Translations under genes and position numbers: made by a program
Notes under the pieces: generated by a model
Seen by the model: the letters and a program-made list of their open reading frames with translations, nothing else
Databases searched by the model: none
Told to the model about the DNA's origin: nothing
In this document: piece by piece, positions 47,638 through 56,384 of the stretch
Numbering within the stretch: position 1 is the first letter of the stretch
How the letters are laid out: each line of letters begins with the position of its first letter
From: an uncultured bacterium
GTDB lineage: Bacteria > Verrucomicrobiota > Verrucomicrobiia > Limisphaerales > UBA11358
Assembly: GCA_963723125.1 (NCBI GenBank)
Contig: CAVRPQ010000004.1
Coordinates: 3,908 to 67,907 of the forward strand
Direction of reading: 5' to 3'
DNA length: 64,000 nt

Positions 47638-48447
47638 GTGAAGATTCCGTGGCAAACCTACTTGTCCGAATTGATTGGCACCGCGTTGCTCATCGGCATC
47701 GGCCTGTCTTTTGTGATACTCGATTTCGGTGACGGAAGCCCGGTTGCCGTCATTCTGCCGGACGCCGGAATGCGCCGGTTGATGACCGGATTTTTGTTTG
47801 GCGCCACTGGCGCAGCCATCGCATATTCGCAGGTAGGCAAGGTGAGCGGCGCCCACATCAACCCGATCGTCACGCTGGCCTTCTATATCAAAGGCAAGCT
47901 CTCAGGCCGTGACACTATTGGTTACATTCTGGCACAATTCGCAGGTGCCGTCGCCGGCTCAATCCCGCTGTTGCTTTGGGGACAGGAAGGCCGCAGCGTC
48001 CAATTTGGCGGCACGACTCCGGGGCCCGGTTATACCGTGGGGGCCGCGCTGCTGGGGGAGATCGTCACCACGGTCGGCCTGATTCTCGGGCTGTTTGTCT
48101 TTCTTGGCCATCGGCGGCTCCGCCATTACACGCCGTTGCTCTTCCCTTTCCTCTACGCGGTGATGGTTTATCTCGAAGCGCCGGTTTCGGGCACCAGCAC
48201 GAATCCCGCCCGCAGCTTCGGGCCGTCGGCGATTTCGGGAGTCTGGTCCGGCTGGTGGATTTATTTTGCCGGGCCATTGATTGGCATGTGGATTGGCCTG
48301 GGCCTGCACCAATTCAGCCGGCTGAAAAGATTTGAGGTTGAAATCGCGAAAATCTACCACTTCCAACATGATCGTTATGGGATTTTTGGAACAGACCGGT
48401 CGCGGGGGATGAAATCCAAATTAACTGATGCCACGAGCGGACGTTGA
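47638..48447 (+). CDS. MIP/aquaporin-family channel
   Basis: SGAHINPIVTLAF and GTSTNPARSFGP (two NPx boxes), six TM segments. GTG start. Confidence 0.85.
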   Translation: MKIPWQTYLSELIGTALLIGIGLSFVILDFGDGSPVAVILPDAGMRRLMTGFLFGATGAAIAYSQVGKVSGAHINPIVTLAFYIKGKLSGRDTIGYILAQFAGAVAGSIPLLLWGQEGRSVQFGGTTPGPGYTVGAALLGEIVTTVGLILGLFVFLGHRRLRHYTPLLFPFLYAVMVYLEAPVSGTSTNPARSFGPSAISGVWSGWWIYFAGPLIGMWIGLGLHQFSRLKRFEVEIAKIYHFQHDRYGIFGTDRSRGMKSKLTDATSGR

Positions 48448-48456
48448 TTATTGCCT

Positions 48457-48813
48457 ATGCCCGACGCATCGTTTAAAGACTTTGTCCTGGACCAGTTGAG
48501 CGCGTTGCCGGACGTGCGGGCAAAAGCCATGTTTGGCGCGTACGGACTCTATCAAAATGCACACTTCTTCGCGATTCTGGACGAAGGGCGGCTGTTCTTC
48601 AAAACGGACGCACAATCGCAAGCGGATTACGTGGCGCGTGGCATGGAGCCGTTTACCTACGAATCGAAAGGACGCACGCTGACGATGAGTTATCACGAAG
48701 TGCCACCTGACGTGCTGGAAAACCCGATGGAATTGACCGCTTGGGCCCGCCGGGCGATTCAAGTGGCTGCTACCGGCTCAAAGAAGCCGGGAAAACGAAG
48801 AAAACAGCTATGA
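48457..48813 (+). CDS. TfoX/Sxy N-terminal domain protein
   Basis: FKDFVLDQLSALPDVRAKAMFGAYGLYQNAHFFAILDEGRLFFKTD. Confidence 0.7.
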   Translation: MPDASFKDFVLDQLSALPDVRAKAMFGAYGLYQNAHFFAILDEGRLFFKTDAQSQADYVARGMEPFTYESKGRTLTMSYHEVPPDVLENPMELTAWARRAIQVAATGSKKPGKRRKQL

Positions 48814-48884
48814 AATCAGCCCTGAAAAACCTTCTTTCTTTTCTGCTTTCCTTCTGCTGGAAGCCCAAGCAACATCGTATCACT

Positions 48885-49586
48885 ATGAAACAAATCGTGA
48901 TATCTCTGGGCTTGGCTTTCGGCGTTATGGCCGCGCACGCCGACTTGGTTTTGCAGCAAAGCGTTGAAAGCGCAATGATTAACGGCACCATCACCACGCA
49001 AATCAAAGACAACAAAATCCGCGTGGACATGCCCTCCAGTCCGCAAGGAGCCATGAGCACCATCATGGATTTGAGTTCGGGCGATTCGACCACGCTTTTT
49101 CATGACCGGAAGATGGTAATGACGGTTCCCGGCGCGCAGATCAAGCAAATGGCCGAGAACTTGAAAAAATCGCGGGCCAACGCCGGCACGAACGCCGCAC
49201 CGCCCAAATTTCAAGACACGGGCAAAACCGAGAAGGTGGGCAATTACGACACAGAGGTTTATACCTGGTCGAGTCCGGACGGCGCAAACCAGACGGTCTG
49301 GGTGGCCAGGGATTTTCCGGACTACGCGAAAATCAAGGTTCAAATGGACAAGTTGAACGATTCGCCGATCGCGCAAATGTCCAAAGGCGTGGCGCCGGAT
49401 GTCAATACGTTGCCGGGCATGGTGGTCAAAACCCAAATGGAGATGAACGGACAAAAGGTCACGTCCACGCTGGTTTCGGCGAAGGAATCATCCGTTGACG
49501 CATCCATTTTCCAAACGCCCAAGGACTATCAGCCGATGACCCAGCCCGGTTCGGGCGCGCCGCCAAATCAATCGCCGAATCAATAA
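48885..49586 (+). CDS. Secreted DUF4412-like protein
   Basis: Signal peptide MKQIVISLGLAFGVMAAHA, then a beta-rich region (..KIRVDMPS..STIMDLSSG..). The family call is tentative. Confidence 0.5.
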   Translation: MKQIVISLGLAFGVMAAHADLVLQQSVESAMINGTITTQIKDNKIRVDMPSSPQGAMSTIMDLSSGDSTTLFHDRKMVMTVPGAQIKQMAENLKKSRANAGTNAAPPKFQDTGKTEKVGNYDTEVYTWSSPDGANQTVWVARDFPDYAKIKVQMDKLNDSPIAQMSKGVAPDVNTLPGMVVKTQMEMNGQKVTSTLVSAKESSVDASIFQTPKDYQPMTQPGSGAPPNQSPNQ

Positions 49587-49773
49587 TTGCGCGATCATGC
49601 GGCTTCTCGCCAACCCGGAACCGAAGACGACCGGGTGACATATCGCCTTTCCCTGGCCGGGAAGGGCCTGCCATGGAAAAGGATAAGCTGTTGCCAGTGA
49701 CCGGCGCCAATGGGCAATTTGCAAGAAGGAGGTTCCATGCTAGTATTCCTGATTGCTTCAATCGAATTCAATT

Positions 49774-50610
49774 GTGAAGAATAAATATCTGACCGTGCTG
49801 TATGTTGCCGCGTTGCTGGTATGCGGCCAGAATCTTTTTGCCGGGGAAACCAATGACACGGCCATCTCCGACCTCACCAATTTGGTTGCTAAAATCAATG
49901 CCAAGCTGGCGGCGGGCAAAGCAAGCGAGGCCGACTTTACGGATAACATCAAAGAATTCGACACGCTGCTGGCAAAGTACAAAGACGCCAATCCGGAAGA
50001 TATCACGCAGATCGTCATCGGAGAACTCCAATTGTATTTAGACGTGTTTAACGATCCCGAGCCGGCCTTGGAGCTACTCAAGCGAGTCAAACACGATTAT
50101 CCCGCTGTGCAGATAAACGGAAACACGGACGAGGTCATCAAAAATTTAGAGCCTTTGATAGCACAACAAAGAATCTGGCGCTCGTTGACTGTCGGAACCA
50201 CGTTCCCGGATTTTGCCACAACCAACATTGCCGGCCAGCCGCTCTCGCTCGAAAACTACAAAGGTAAAGTAGTGCTGATTGATTTTTGGGCAACCTGGTG
50301 TCCGCCCTGCCGGGCTGAATTGCCGAACCTGCTCAAGACCTATGCGAAATATCACGACCGGGGTTTTGAAATCATCGGCGTGAGCCTTGATGACAGTCTG
50401 CAAAAGCTACTGGCTTTCACCAAAGACATGAACATGCCGTGGCCGCAGTCCTGCGATGGCCAGGGCTGGACCGGCAAACTCGTTGCCCAATACGGAGTGT
50501 ATCAACTTCCAGGCACCGTGCTGGTGGACGGCCGGGGAAAGATCATCGGCAAGGATTTACGCGGCGATGAATTAGAACAGGCTGTCGCCAGGGTGCTGGC
50601 AAAGAAATAA
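49774..50610 (+). CDS. TlpA-like thiol:disulfide oxidoreductase (thioredoxin fold) with an N-terminal helical domain
   Basis: KGKVVLIDFWATWCPPCRAELPNL..GFEIIGVSLDD. The start is uncertain: GTG at 49774 or TTG at 49753. Confidence 0.8.
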   Translation: MKNKYLTVLYVAALLVCGQNLFAGETNDTAISDLTNLVAKINAKLAAGKASEADFTDNIKEFDTLLAKYKDANPEDITQIVIGELQLYLDVFNDPEPALELLKRVKHDYPAVQINGNTDEVIKNLEPLIAQQRIWRSLTVGTTFPDFATTNIAGQPLSLENYKGKVVLIDFWATWCPPCRAELPNLLKTYAKYHDRGFEIIGVSLDDSLQKLLAFTKDMNMPWPQSCDGQGWTGKLVAQYGVYQLPGTVLVDGRGKIIGKDLRGDELEQAVARVLAKK

Positions 50611-50639
50611 CCCGGCGCCAATCCATTCCACCCGGGCCA

Positions 50640-51506
50640 TCACGTGCTCGCGCTGGTGTAACGGCTCACGGACACCCGCCAGAACCATTCGGAAATCAGC
50701 GCGCAAATGACACCCATCCCCAGCAGCACCAGCCACAGGGCCGGTGATTGCAATTTGTCCGCCAACACGCGCGTGGGCACATTCGAAACGAGCAGCACCG
50801 GCAGCACGAAAGTGAAGACCACCTTGAACACGCCGCGAAACGCTTCGTCCGGCATCCGCGCGATGTTGAACAGATTGTAGTAACCCCAGACGATGCCCTG
50901 GGCGCGCACGGTCCAGAAACTGATGGCGGCGAGCATGAACATCAACGAGTAATGGATCAATATGCCGACCACGCACAGGGCCAGGAAGCCGAAAAGTTCC
51001 ACCGCCGTGGGGTGCAGGTGCAGGCGGGCCGCCGCATAAAACACGACCACGGCGGCGAAGGCGGCGTTGACGAACGCGCCCAGATCCACCTGCCGCAGTG
51101 AGACGAGGAAGCGGGTGTTGATCGGCAACATCAACAGAAAATCCATTTTGCCCGTGCGGACCAGTTCTGAAACGTTCACGCAGTTCGTCAGAAAAAACGC
51201 CTGGTACGTCTGCTGGATGAAACTGCTCGCGCCGACCAGCAGCACCACCTGCCATTGTGTCCACGTGCCGATGGAGTTCGTGTGCAAATAGAGCACGCCG
51301 ATAAAACATAACTGCAACGCGAACCAGAGCAATTCGACCACAATCCACAGGATGAAATTGCCCTTGAACGACATCTCACGGGTCACCAACGTCTTCCACA
51401 ACGCGCCATAGATGCCGAGGTAACGGGTGACGCGTGACGGGTGACGCGTGACCGACAGTCCGGCTTCAGACTTTGGACCTTGAACTTCGGACTTGGGACC
51501 TATCAT
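50640..51506 (-). CDS. ABC-2-type transporter permease (second of a pair)
   Basis: Multi-TM protein paralogous to the upstream gene. The ATG at 51506 lies 1 nt after the upstream stop. The first ~28 codons are encoded by heptamer repeats. Confidence 0.6.
   Translation of the reverse strand: MIGPKSEVQGPKSEAGLSVTRHPSRVTRYLGIYGALWKTLVTREMSFKGNFILWIVVELLWFALQLCFIGVLYLHTNSIGTWTQWQVVLLVGASSFIQQTYQAFFLTNCVNVSELVRTGKMDFLLMLPINTRFLVSLRQVDLGAFVNAAFAAVVVFYAAARLHLHPTAVELFGFLALCVVGILIHYSLMFMLAAISFWTVRAQGIVWGYYNLFNIARMPDEAFRGVFKVVFTFVLPVLLVSNVPTRVLADKLQSPALWLVLLGMGVICALISEWFWRVSVSRYTSAST
51425..51499. repeat. Two blocks with 7-nt periodicity: (GSGTGAC)x4 at 51425-51452 and (TTNGGAC-like)x5 at 51465-51499
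   Basis: Read directly from the sequence; encodes MIGPKSEVQGPKSEAGLSVTRHPSRVTR on the minus strand. Confidence 0.85.
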
Positions 51507-51507
51507 T

Positions 51508-52308
51508 TCATCCTCCAAACGCGCCGTAATGGCGTACGCCGCGGTTCCACATGAATCGCGCGAAGGCGTACGCCAGCAATACCCAGCCCGCTTGCACCGC
51601 CATCCCCTGCCATAAGTCCGCGCCCGCGATTTTACCCATGTAAATGCCGATGGGAAAATACATTTGATAAGGAAACGGTGTGAAAAAAAGCGCGTGCTTG
51701 AGCGCCGTCGGCAAAACGTCGAGCGGGAACATGTGTCCGCTGGCGATATATTCAAACGCGAACAGGATGAAAATGAATGTCGAAACCTCCAACACCCAGA
51801 ACGCGAGCATGGCCATGGCGTAGGAAATGAAGAATTGCAACAGCGCCGTCAGCACCAGTGAAAAGAAAAACGCGATGCAGGCCGTTCCGCCAACGGGCAG
51901 GGCAAAATAACGCCCAAAACAGGCAATGAAAATCGTCAGCGGCACCAGGGCCACTGCCATAAACGCGATGCGCCCCGAGAAAAACAGGCCCAGCCGGAAC
52001 CACAAATAATCCACCGGCTTGAGAAGAAATTGGCTGATGTTGCCCTCGCGGATGTCGGCCGCAATCTGCCAGTCATCCTCGTTCACCGCCGTCAGCACGT
52101 CCACCACCGCCACCAGCAGATAATAGAGAATCATCTGCGCCAGGGTGTAACCGGCGATGGCCGTCCCCTGCCCTGCATAAATCGTGCGCCAGAGCGACAG
52201 CATGGCGAACAGGGGGATAAAACTGAACAGTGTCCGCGTCAGGTAATTGACGCGATACGTCAGGTTGTTCTGAATCCCGATGCCGATGACGTGCCAGTAT
52301 TTTCTCAT
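51508..52308 (-). CDS. ABC-2-type transporter permease (first of a pair)
   Basis: MRKYWHVIGIGIQNNLTYRVNYLTRTLFSF.. with six TM segments. The ATG at 52308 was chosen over the listed longer ORF. Confidence 0.7.
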   Translation of the reverse strand: MRKYWHVIGIGIQNNLTYRVNYLTRTLFSFIPLFAMLSLWRTIYAGQGTAIAGYTLAQMILYYLLVAVVDVLTAVNEDDWQIAADIREGNISQFLLKPVDYLWFRLGLFFSGRIAFMAVALVPLTIFIACFGRYFALPVGGTACIAFFFSLVLTALLQFFISYAMAMLAFWVLEVSTFIFILFAFEYIASGHMFPLDVLPTALKHALFFTPFPYQMYFPIGIYMGKIAGADLWQGMAVQAGWVLLAYAFARFMWNRGVRHYGAFGG

Positions 52309-52944
52309 CCCAGTGTCGAACAGGAATTTAATCGCACGAACGAAAATGGCGAATGGAAATTTTCCCTTTCGTCCCCCTGCCGCGCCAGAGTCCAGCAAAG
52401 CCCGGTGTTGCGTCACACTGACCCGAACGCCACCGACCAACAGCGCTTCTACCGCATTTTGGTCGGGCCTTGATTGGCGTCGCGCCCGATGCGGGATGGG
52501 CCCCGGAATTAATCCGCAACCGTGACGCCACCTTAAGCCGGACACAATTTATCAGCTAAAATTAAAGATTAACCAATCTGATTCTTTGGCTTGCTTATTC
52601 TCCGGTTCAGGGTTAGCTATGCTATCACCTGTTGAAGGCAGGCGTATTGTCATCCAAAAAACGAAAGGCAAATTATGCACCTGTTATTATTCACACCGAT
52701 CCTGGCCGACGACGCTTGGGTTGCTCCCAGTGCCGCCGCGTTTCTTGTCGTCATCTCCATTCTGGCTCTCTTGAGCAGCCGACGCTAGGTATCGGCACGC
52801 TTCGGCCAGTGATTTGGCGAGTGGGATGTTTTGCGGACAGGCGCCAAGGCGGAATTTGGTGCTCATGTCAAGGGGGTGGTGTACCCCAACAAAGGCATCG
52901 CTAAAGATTCCCAACTGACGCACCTCTCCTCCGATAACAAATTC

Positions 52945-52973
52945 TTGACAATGGACTTGCGCCGTTCATAATG
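52945..52973 (+). promoter_or_regulatory. Sigma-70-like promoter candidate: TTGACA-N16-CATAAT
   Basis: TTGACA at 52945-52950 and CATAAT at 52967-52972, upstream of the 53222 gene. The host promoter consensus is unknown. Confidence 0.25.
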
Positions 52974-53221
52974 CGGCTGAAATTAATTTGGCAGGTTGCT
53001 TCCCTTTATATCAGAAGGGGTAGCAATCAAGAGAGAACCTTATGAAAACTCCCGTTCGGGGATTATTCATCGCATCGGCATCGGTGACTTTTATCAATTC
53101 TCGATTCTTAACTGCCCGTTTCCAACCACAGCGAACTGATCAATCATTGAAGAATCGAAACCACACCCTTTCCCGACTGATACATCAAAACCACGAACCC
53201 ACCAAAACCAAATCCAGCAAA

Positions 53222-53920
53222 ATGAACCAGATAAACAAAGCATTGACCGGCGCCGCCGTCTGCGGGCTGCTGACGTTGACTGCCCTGACCAGCCGCGGGG
53301 ATGACACGTCCACGAATGGCATTACACTTCCGCCGCTTTCCCCGTATCAGCCCCTCACGATTGGGGCGGAAGTCGGGACGACCGGCTTCGGTGGCGCGGC
53401 TAATTGGCGTTTCTCACATCACTTCGGCATCGGCGGTGCGTTCGATTATTTTTCCTATTCCTACAACGGCAACATCCAGGGCAACAATTACGATGCGAAG
53501 CTGCGCCTGATGTCCGAACCCATAACGCTGGATTGGTATCCATGGAGGAACCATTCGTTCCATGTCAGTGCCGGCGTTGCGTTAAATCAAAACCATCTGA
53601 CCGGCACGGCGACCGGCAACGACATCGATTTGAACGGCACCACCTATTCGGGGACGCTCGACCTGGACATCAAACAGCAGGCGGTGGACCCCTACGTGGC
53701 CATTGGCGGCAACCTCTATTTTGACAAAGGGCATCATGTGTCGTTGGGCAGCGAATTGGGCGTGATGTACACGGGCGATCCGCGTGTGAGCCTGACTGCC
53801 AACACTTCGCCGCCAGCCAACCCCGTGGATGTGCAGGCGGAACAGGATCAAATCAGGCATTATGCCAGGGACGCCGAGTTCTGGCCGGTGCTCAAGGTGA
53901 GCCTGGACTTTTCGTTCTGA
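53222..53920 (+). CDS. Outer-membrane beta-barrel protein (OmpW/porin-like), tentative
   Basis: Signal peptide, alternating aromatic/glycine beta-strand pattern, and a C-terminal ..VLKVSLDFSF with a terminal Phe. Confidence 0.5.
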   Translation: MNQINKALTGAAVCGLLTLTALTSRGDDTSTNGITLPPLSPYQPLTIGAEVGTTGFGGAANWRFSHHFGIGGAFDYFSYSYNGNIQGNNYDAKLRLMSEPITLDWYPWRNHSFHVSAGVALNQNHLTGTATGNDIDLNGTTYSGTLDLDIKQQAVDPYVAIGGNLYFDKGHHVSLGSELGVMYTGDPRVSLTANTSPPANPVDVQAEQDQIRHYARDAEFWPVLKVSLDFSF

Positions 53921-54072
53921 ACCGCGCCAAACCGGCCGGCAATTTTCTGAGTCACCGCCGCGTGCCCCCCCACCGGGCAACGAGAAATTTTATTTGCCGA
54001 ACCATGCGCGTGACTTTAATGTTCGCCCGGCAACTGGCCAGGGAGCTGGTCACTTAAGGAATTTTAAAGCCT

Positions 54073-56250
54073 ATGATGAAAAAACCCCTCGCGGGTGCGG
54101 AATTGAACAAACTGGTTGCCGGACTGCAAAAGCTGTCCCGCAATCTTTGGTGGAGCTGGGATCAGGAGGCGCAGGATTTCTTCTACGAACTTTCCCCGCG
54201 CGGCTGGCAGAACCTGTTTCACAATGCCGTCGCCGTTTTACAGGAGGTCTCGGAATACGAACTGCGCATGCGGCTGCAGGACGAAGATTTGGAACGCCAG
54301 GCGCGCGGTGTCCTCGAAAATTTCGAGGCGTACCTGAACGAGAAAATCACCTGGGGACACAAAAACGCGCCGCAGCTGCTCAAGAATCCGGTCGCGTATT
54401 TTTCCGCCGAATTCGGCCTTCACGAATCCCTGCCCATTTCTGCGGGCGGCCTTGGAATTTTGGCTGGCGACCACGCGAAATCCGCCAGCGACCTCGGCCT
54501 CGGCTTTGTCGGCATCAGCCTGTTTTACCGCGAAGGTTATTTTCAACAGGCCGTGGACAATAATAATTGGCAGACCGAATTCTATAATCTGATTGATCCG
54601 CAAAACGTGCCCTTGGAACCGGTGTTGGATGCGGATGGCCAGCCCCTGGTGTTGCAGGTGGAAATTGACATGAATCGAGTCCAGTTCCGGGCCTGGCGTG
54701 TCAACGTCGGACGGGTGCCGGTGTATTTGCTTGACGCCAATCTGCCGGAAAATGCCCAGCACTTTCGCGATTTGACCGCGCGCGTCTATGGCGGCGACCG
54801 TTCCATGCGCATCATGCAGGAAATTCTGCTCGGCATTGGCGGTGTGCGGCTGCTCCGCAAACTCGGCGTGGTGCCGTCGGTGTTCCACATGAACGAAGGT
54901 CACGCGGCCTTTCTGACGCTGGAATTAATCCGCGAAAAAATGGCCGCCGGTCAAAACTTTTCCGACGCCCTCGCCGCGACCAGGGCGCAATGCATTTTCA
55001 CCACGCACACGCCGGTGGAAGCGGGACATGACCGCTTCACCCTGGAATTGATGGACTATGCCTTTAAACTTTTCCACACGCAACTGGCCGTGCCCTTTGA
55101 CGACCTCATGGCGCTGGGCCGGGTGAACCCCAAGGATGCGGAGGAACCGTTTTGCATGACTGTGCTCGCGTTGAAATTGTCGCACGCCGCGAACGGCGTC
55201 AGCCAGTTGCATGGAGAGGTCAGCCGCCACATGTGGCATGACCTTTACCCGAACGTACCCGTTGAAAAAGTCCCCATCAGCCACATCACCAACGGCATTC
55301 ATCTGCTGGGTTGGATGAAGGGACCGGTCCGGCAATTCTGGCGGAAGAAATTGAACGAGGGCAAGGACAACGTCGCCGCCGCCTGCCGCGAGAAATTCGG
55401 TTCGGACTGGGCGGCCGCGGTCAACTCGGCCGGATTTTGGAAAAAAACGACCGACCCGGGTTTTGTCTCCGACGAGGAACTTTGGGCGTTGCGTTACAAA
55501 CTGCGGCGCGAAATGATTGAATTCGTCCGCCGCCGCCTGTTGCTTCAGCACCAGCGGCTCGGGCCGGGCGATTTCATCCGCTTCGATCATTTGCTGAATC
55601 CCGACGCCCTGACCATCGGTTTCGCGCGCCGGTTCGCCACGTACAAACGCGCACCGCTGATCTTCCAGCAATTCGACAACATCATAAAACTGGCGCGCGA
55701 CAAAAAGCGGCCCATCCAGTTCGTCTTCGCCGGCAAGGCGCATCCGCGCGACGATGAGGGCAAACGGTTCATCCAGCAAATCATTCACCTCAGCAAACAC
55801 AGTGAGTTGGCCGGTTACCTGGTGTTCGTTGAAAACTACGACGTCCACGTCGCGCGGCAGATGGCTTCCGGTTGCAACGTCTGGCTGAACAATCCCCGCC
55901 GGCCACTCGAAGCCTCCGGCACCAGCGGCATGAAGACGGGTTGCCATGGGTGTTTGAATCTGAGCATCCTCGATGGCTGGTGGCGCGAAGGCTACGACAA
56001 AACCAACGGGTTTGCCATCGGTGAGGATTCGCATCCCGACAACATTGAGGAACAGGACCGTTTGGACAGTGCGAATCTTTACCAGACACTCACCGAACAG
56101 GTCATCCCGATGTTTTTCGACCGCGATGAACAGGGCATTCCACGCCGGTGGATTCAACGCATCCGCCGTGCCATGGTCACGCTCGTGCCGCAATTCACCA
56201 CCGACCGCATGGTCAAGGAATACGCGCAGAAATATTATCTGGCCGGGTGA
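54073..56250 (+). CDS. glgP: Alpha-glucan phosphorylase (GT35)
   Basis: 725 aa: AYFSAEFGLHESLPISAGGLGILAGDHAKSASDLG, FTTHTPVEAGHD, EASGTSGMK. Confidence 0.9.
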   Translation: MMKKPLAGAELNKLVAGLQKLSRNLWWSWDQEAQDFFYELSPRGWQNLFHNAVAVLQEVSEYELRMRLQDEDLERQARGVLENFEAYLNEKITWGHKNAPQLLKNPVAYFSAEFGLHESLPISAGGLGILAGDHAKSASDLGLGFVGISLFYREGYFQQAVDNNNWQTEFYNLIDPQNVPLEPVLDADGQPLVLQVEIDMNRVQFRAWRVNVGRVPVYLLDANLPENAQHFRDLTARVYGGDRSMRIMQEILLGIGGVRLLRKLGVVPSVFHMNEGHAAFLTLELIREKMAAGQNFSDALAATRAQCIFTTHTPVEAGHDRFTLELMDYAFKLFHTQLAVPFDDLMALGRVNPKDAEEPFCMTVLALKLSHAANGVSQLHGEVSRHMWHDLYPNVPVEKVPISHITNGIHLLGWMKGPVRQFWRKKLNEGKDNVAAACREKFGSDWAAAVNSAGFWKKTTDPGFVSDEELWALRYKLRREMIEFVRRRLLLQHQRLGPGDFIRFDHLLNPDALTIGFARRFATYKRAPLIFQQFDNIIKLARDKKRPIQFVFAGKAHPRDDEGKRFIQQIIHLSKHSELAGYLVFVENYDVHVARQMASGCNVWLNNPRRPLEASGTSGMKTGCHGCLNLSILDGWWREGYDKTNGFAIGEDSHPDNIEEQDRLDSANLYQTLTEQVIPMFFDRDEQGIPRRWIQRIRRAMVTLVPQFTTDRMVKEYAQKYYLAG

Positions 56251-56384
56251 GCCTCAATCGTCCGGCGGTTTGAGTCTGGCTTTCGCTTCCGGCACGGATT
56301 CCGCGAGGCCCGGCGAAAATCGCTTTTGCTCGCGCAACTCACGTTGTTTCAACTGAATAACCGCGATATTCACATGCCGTCACC

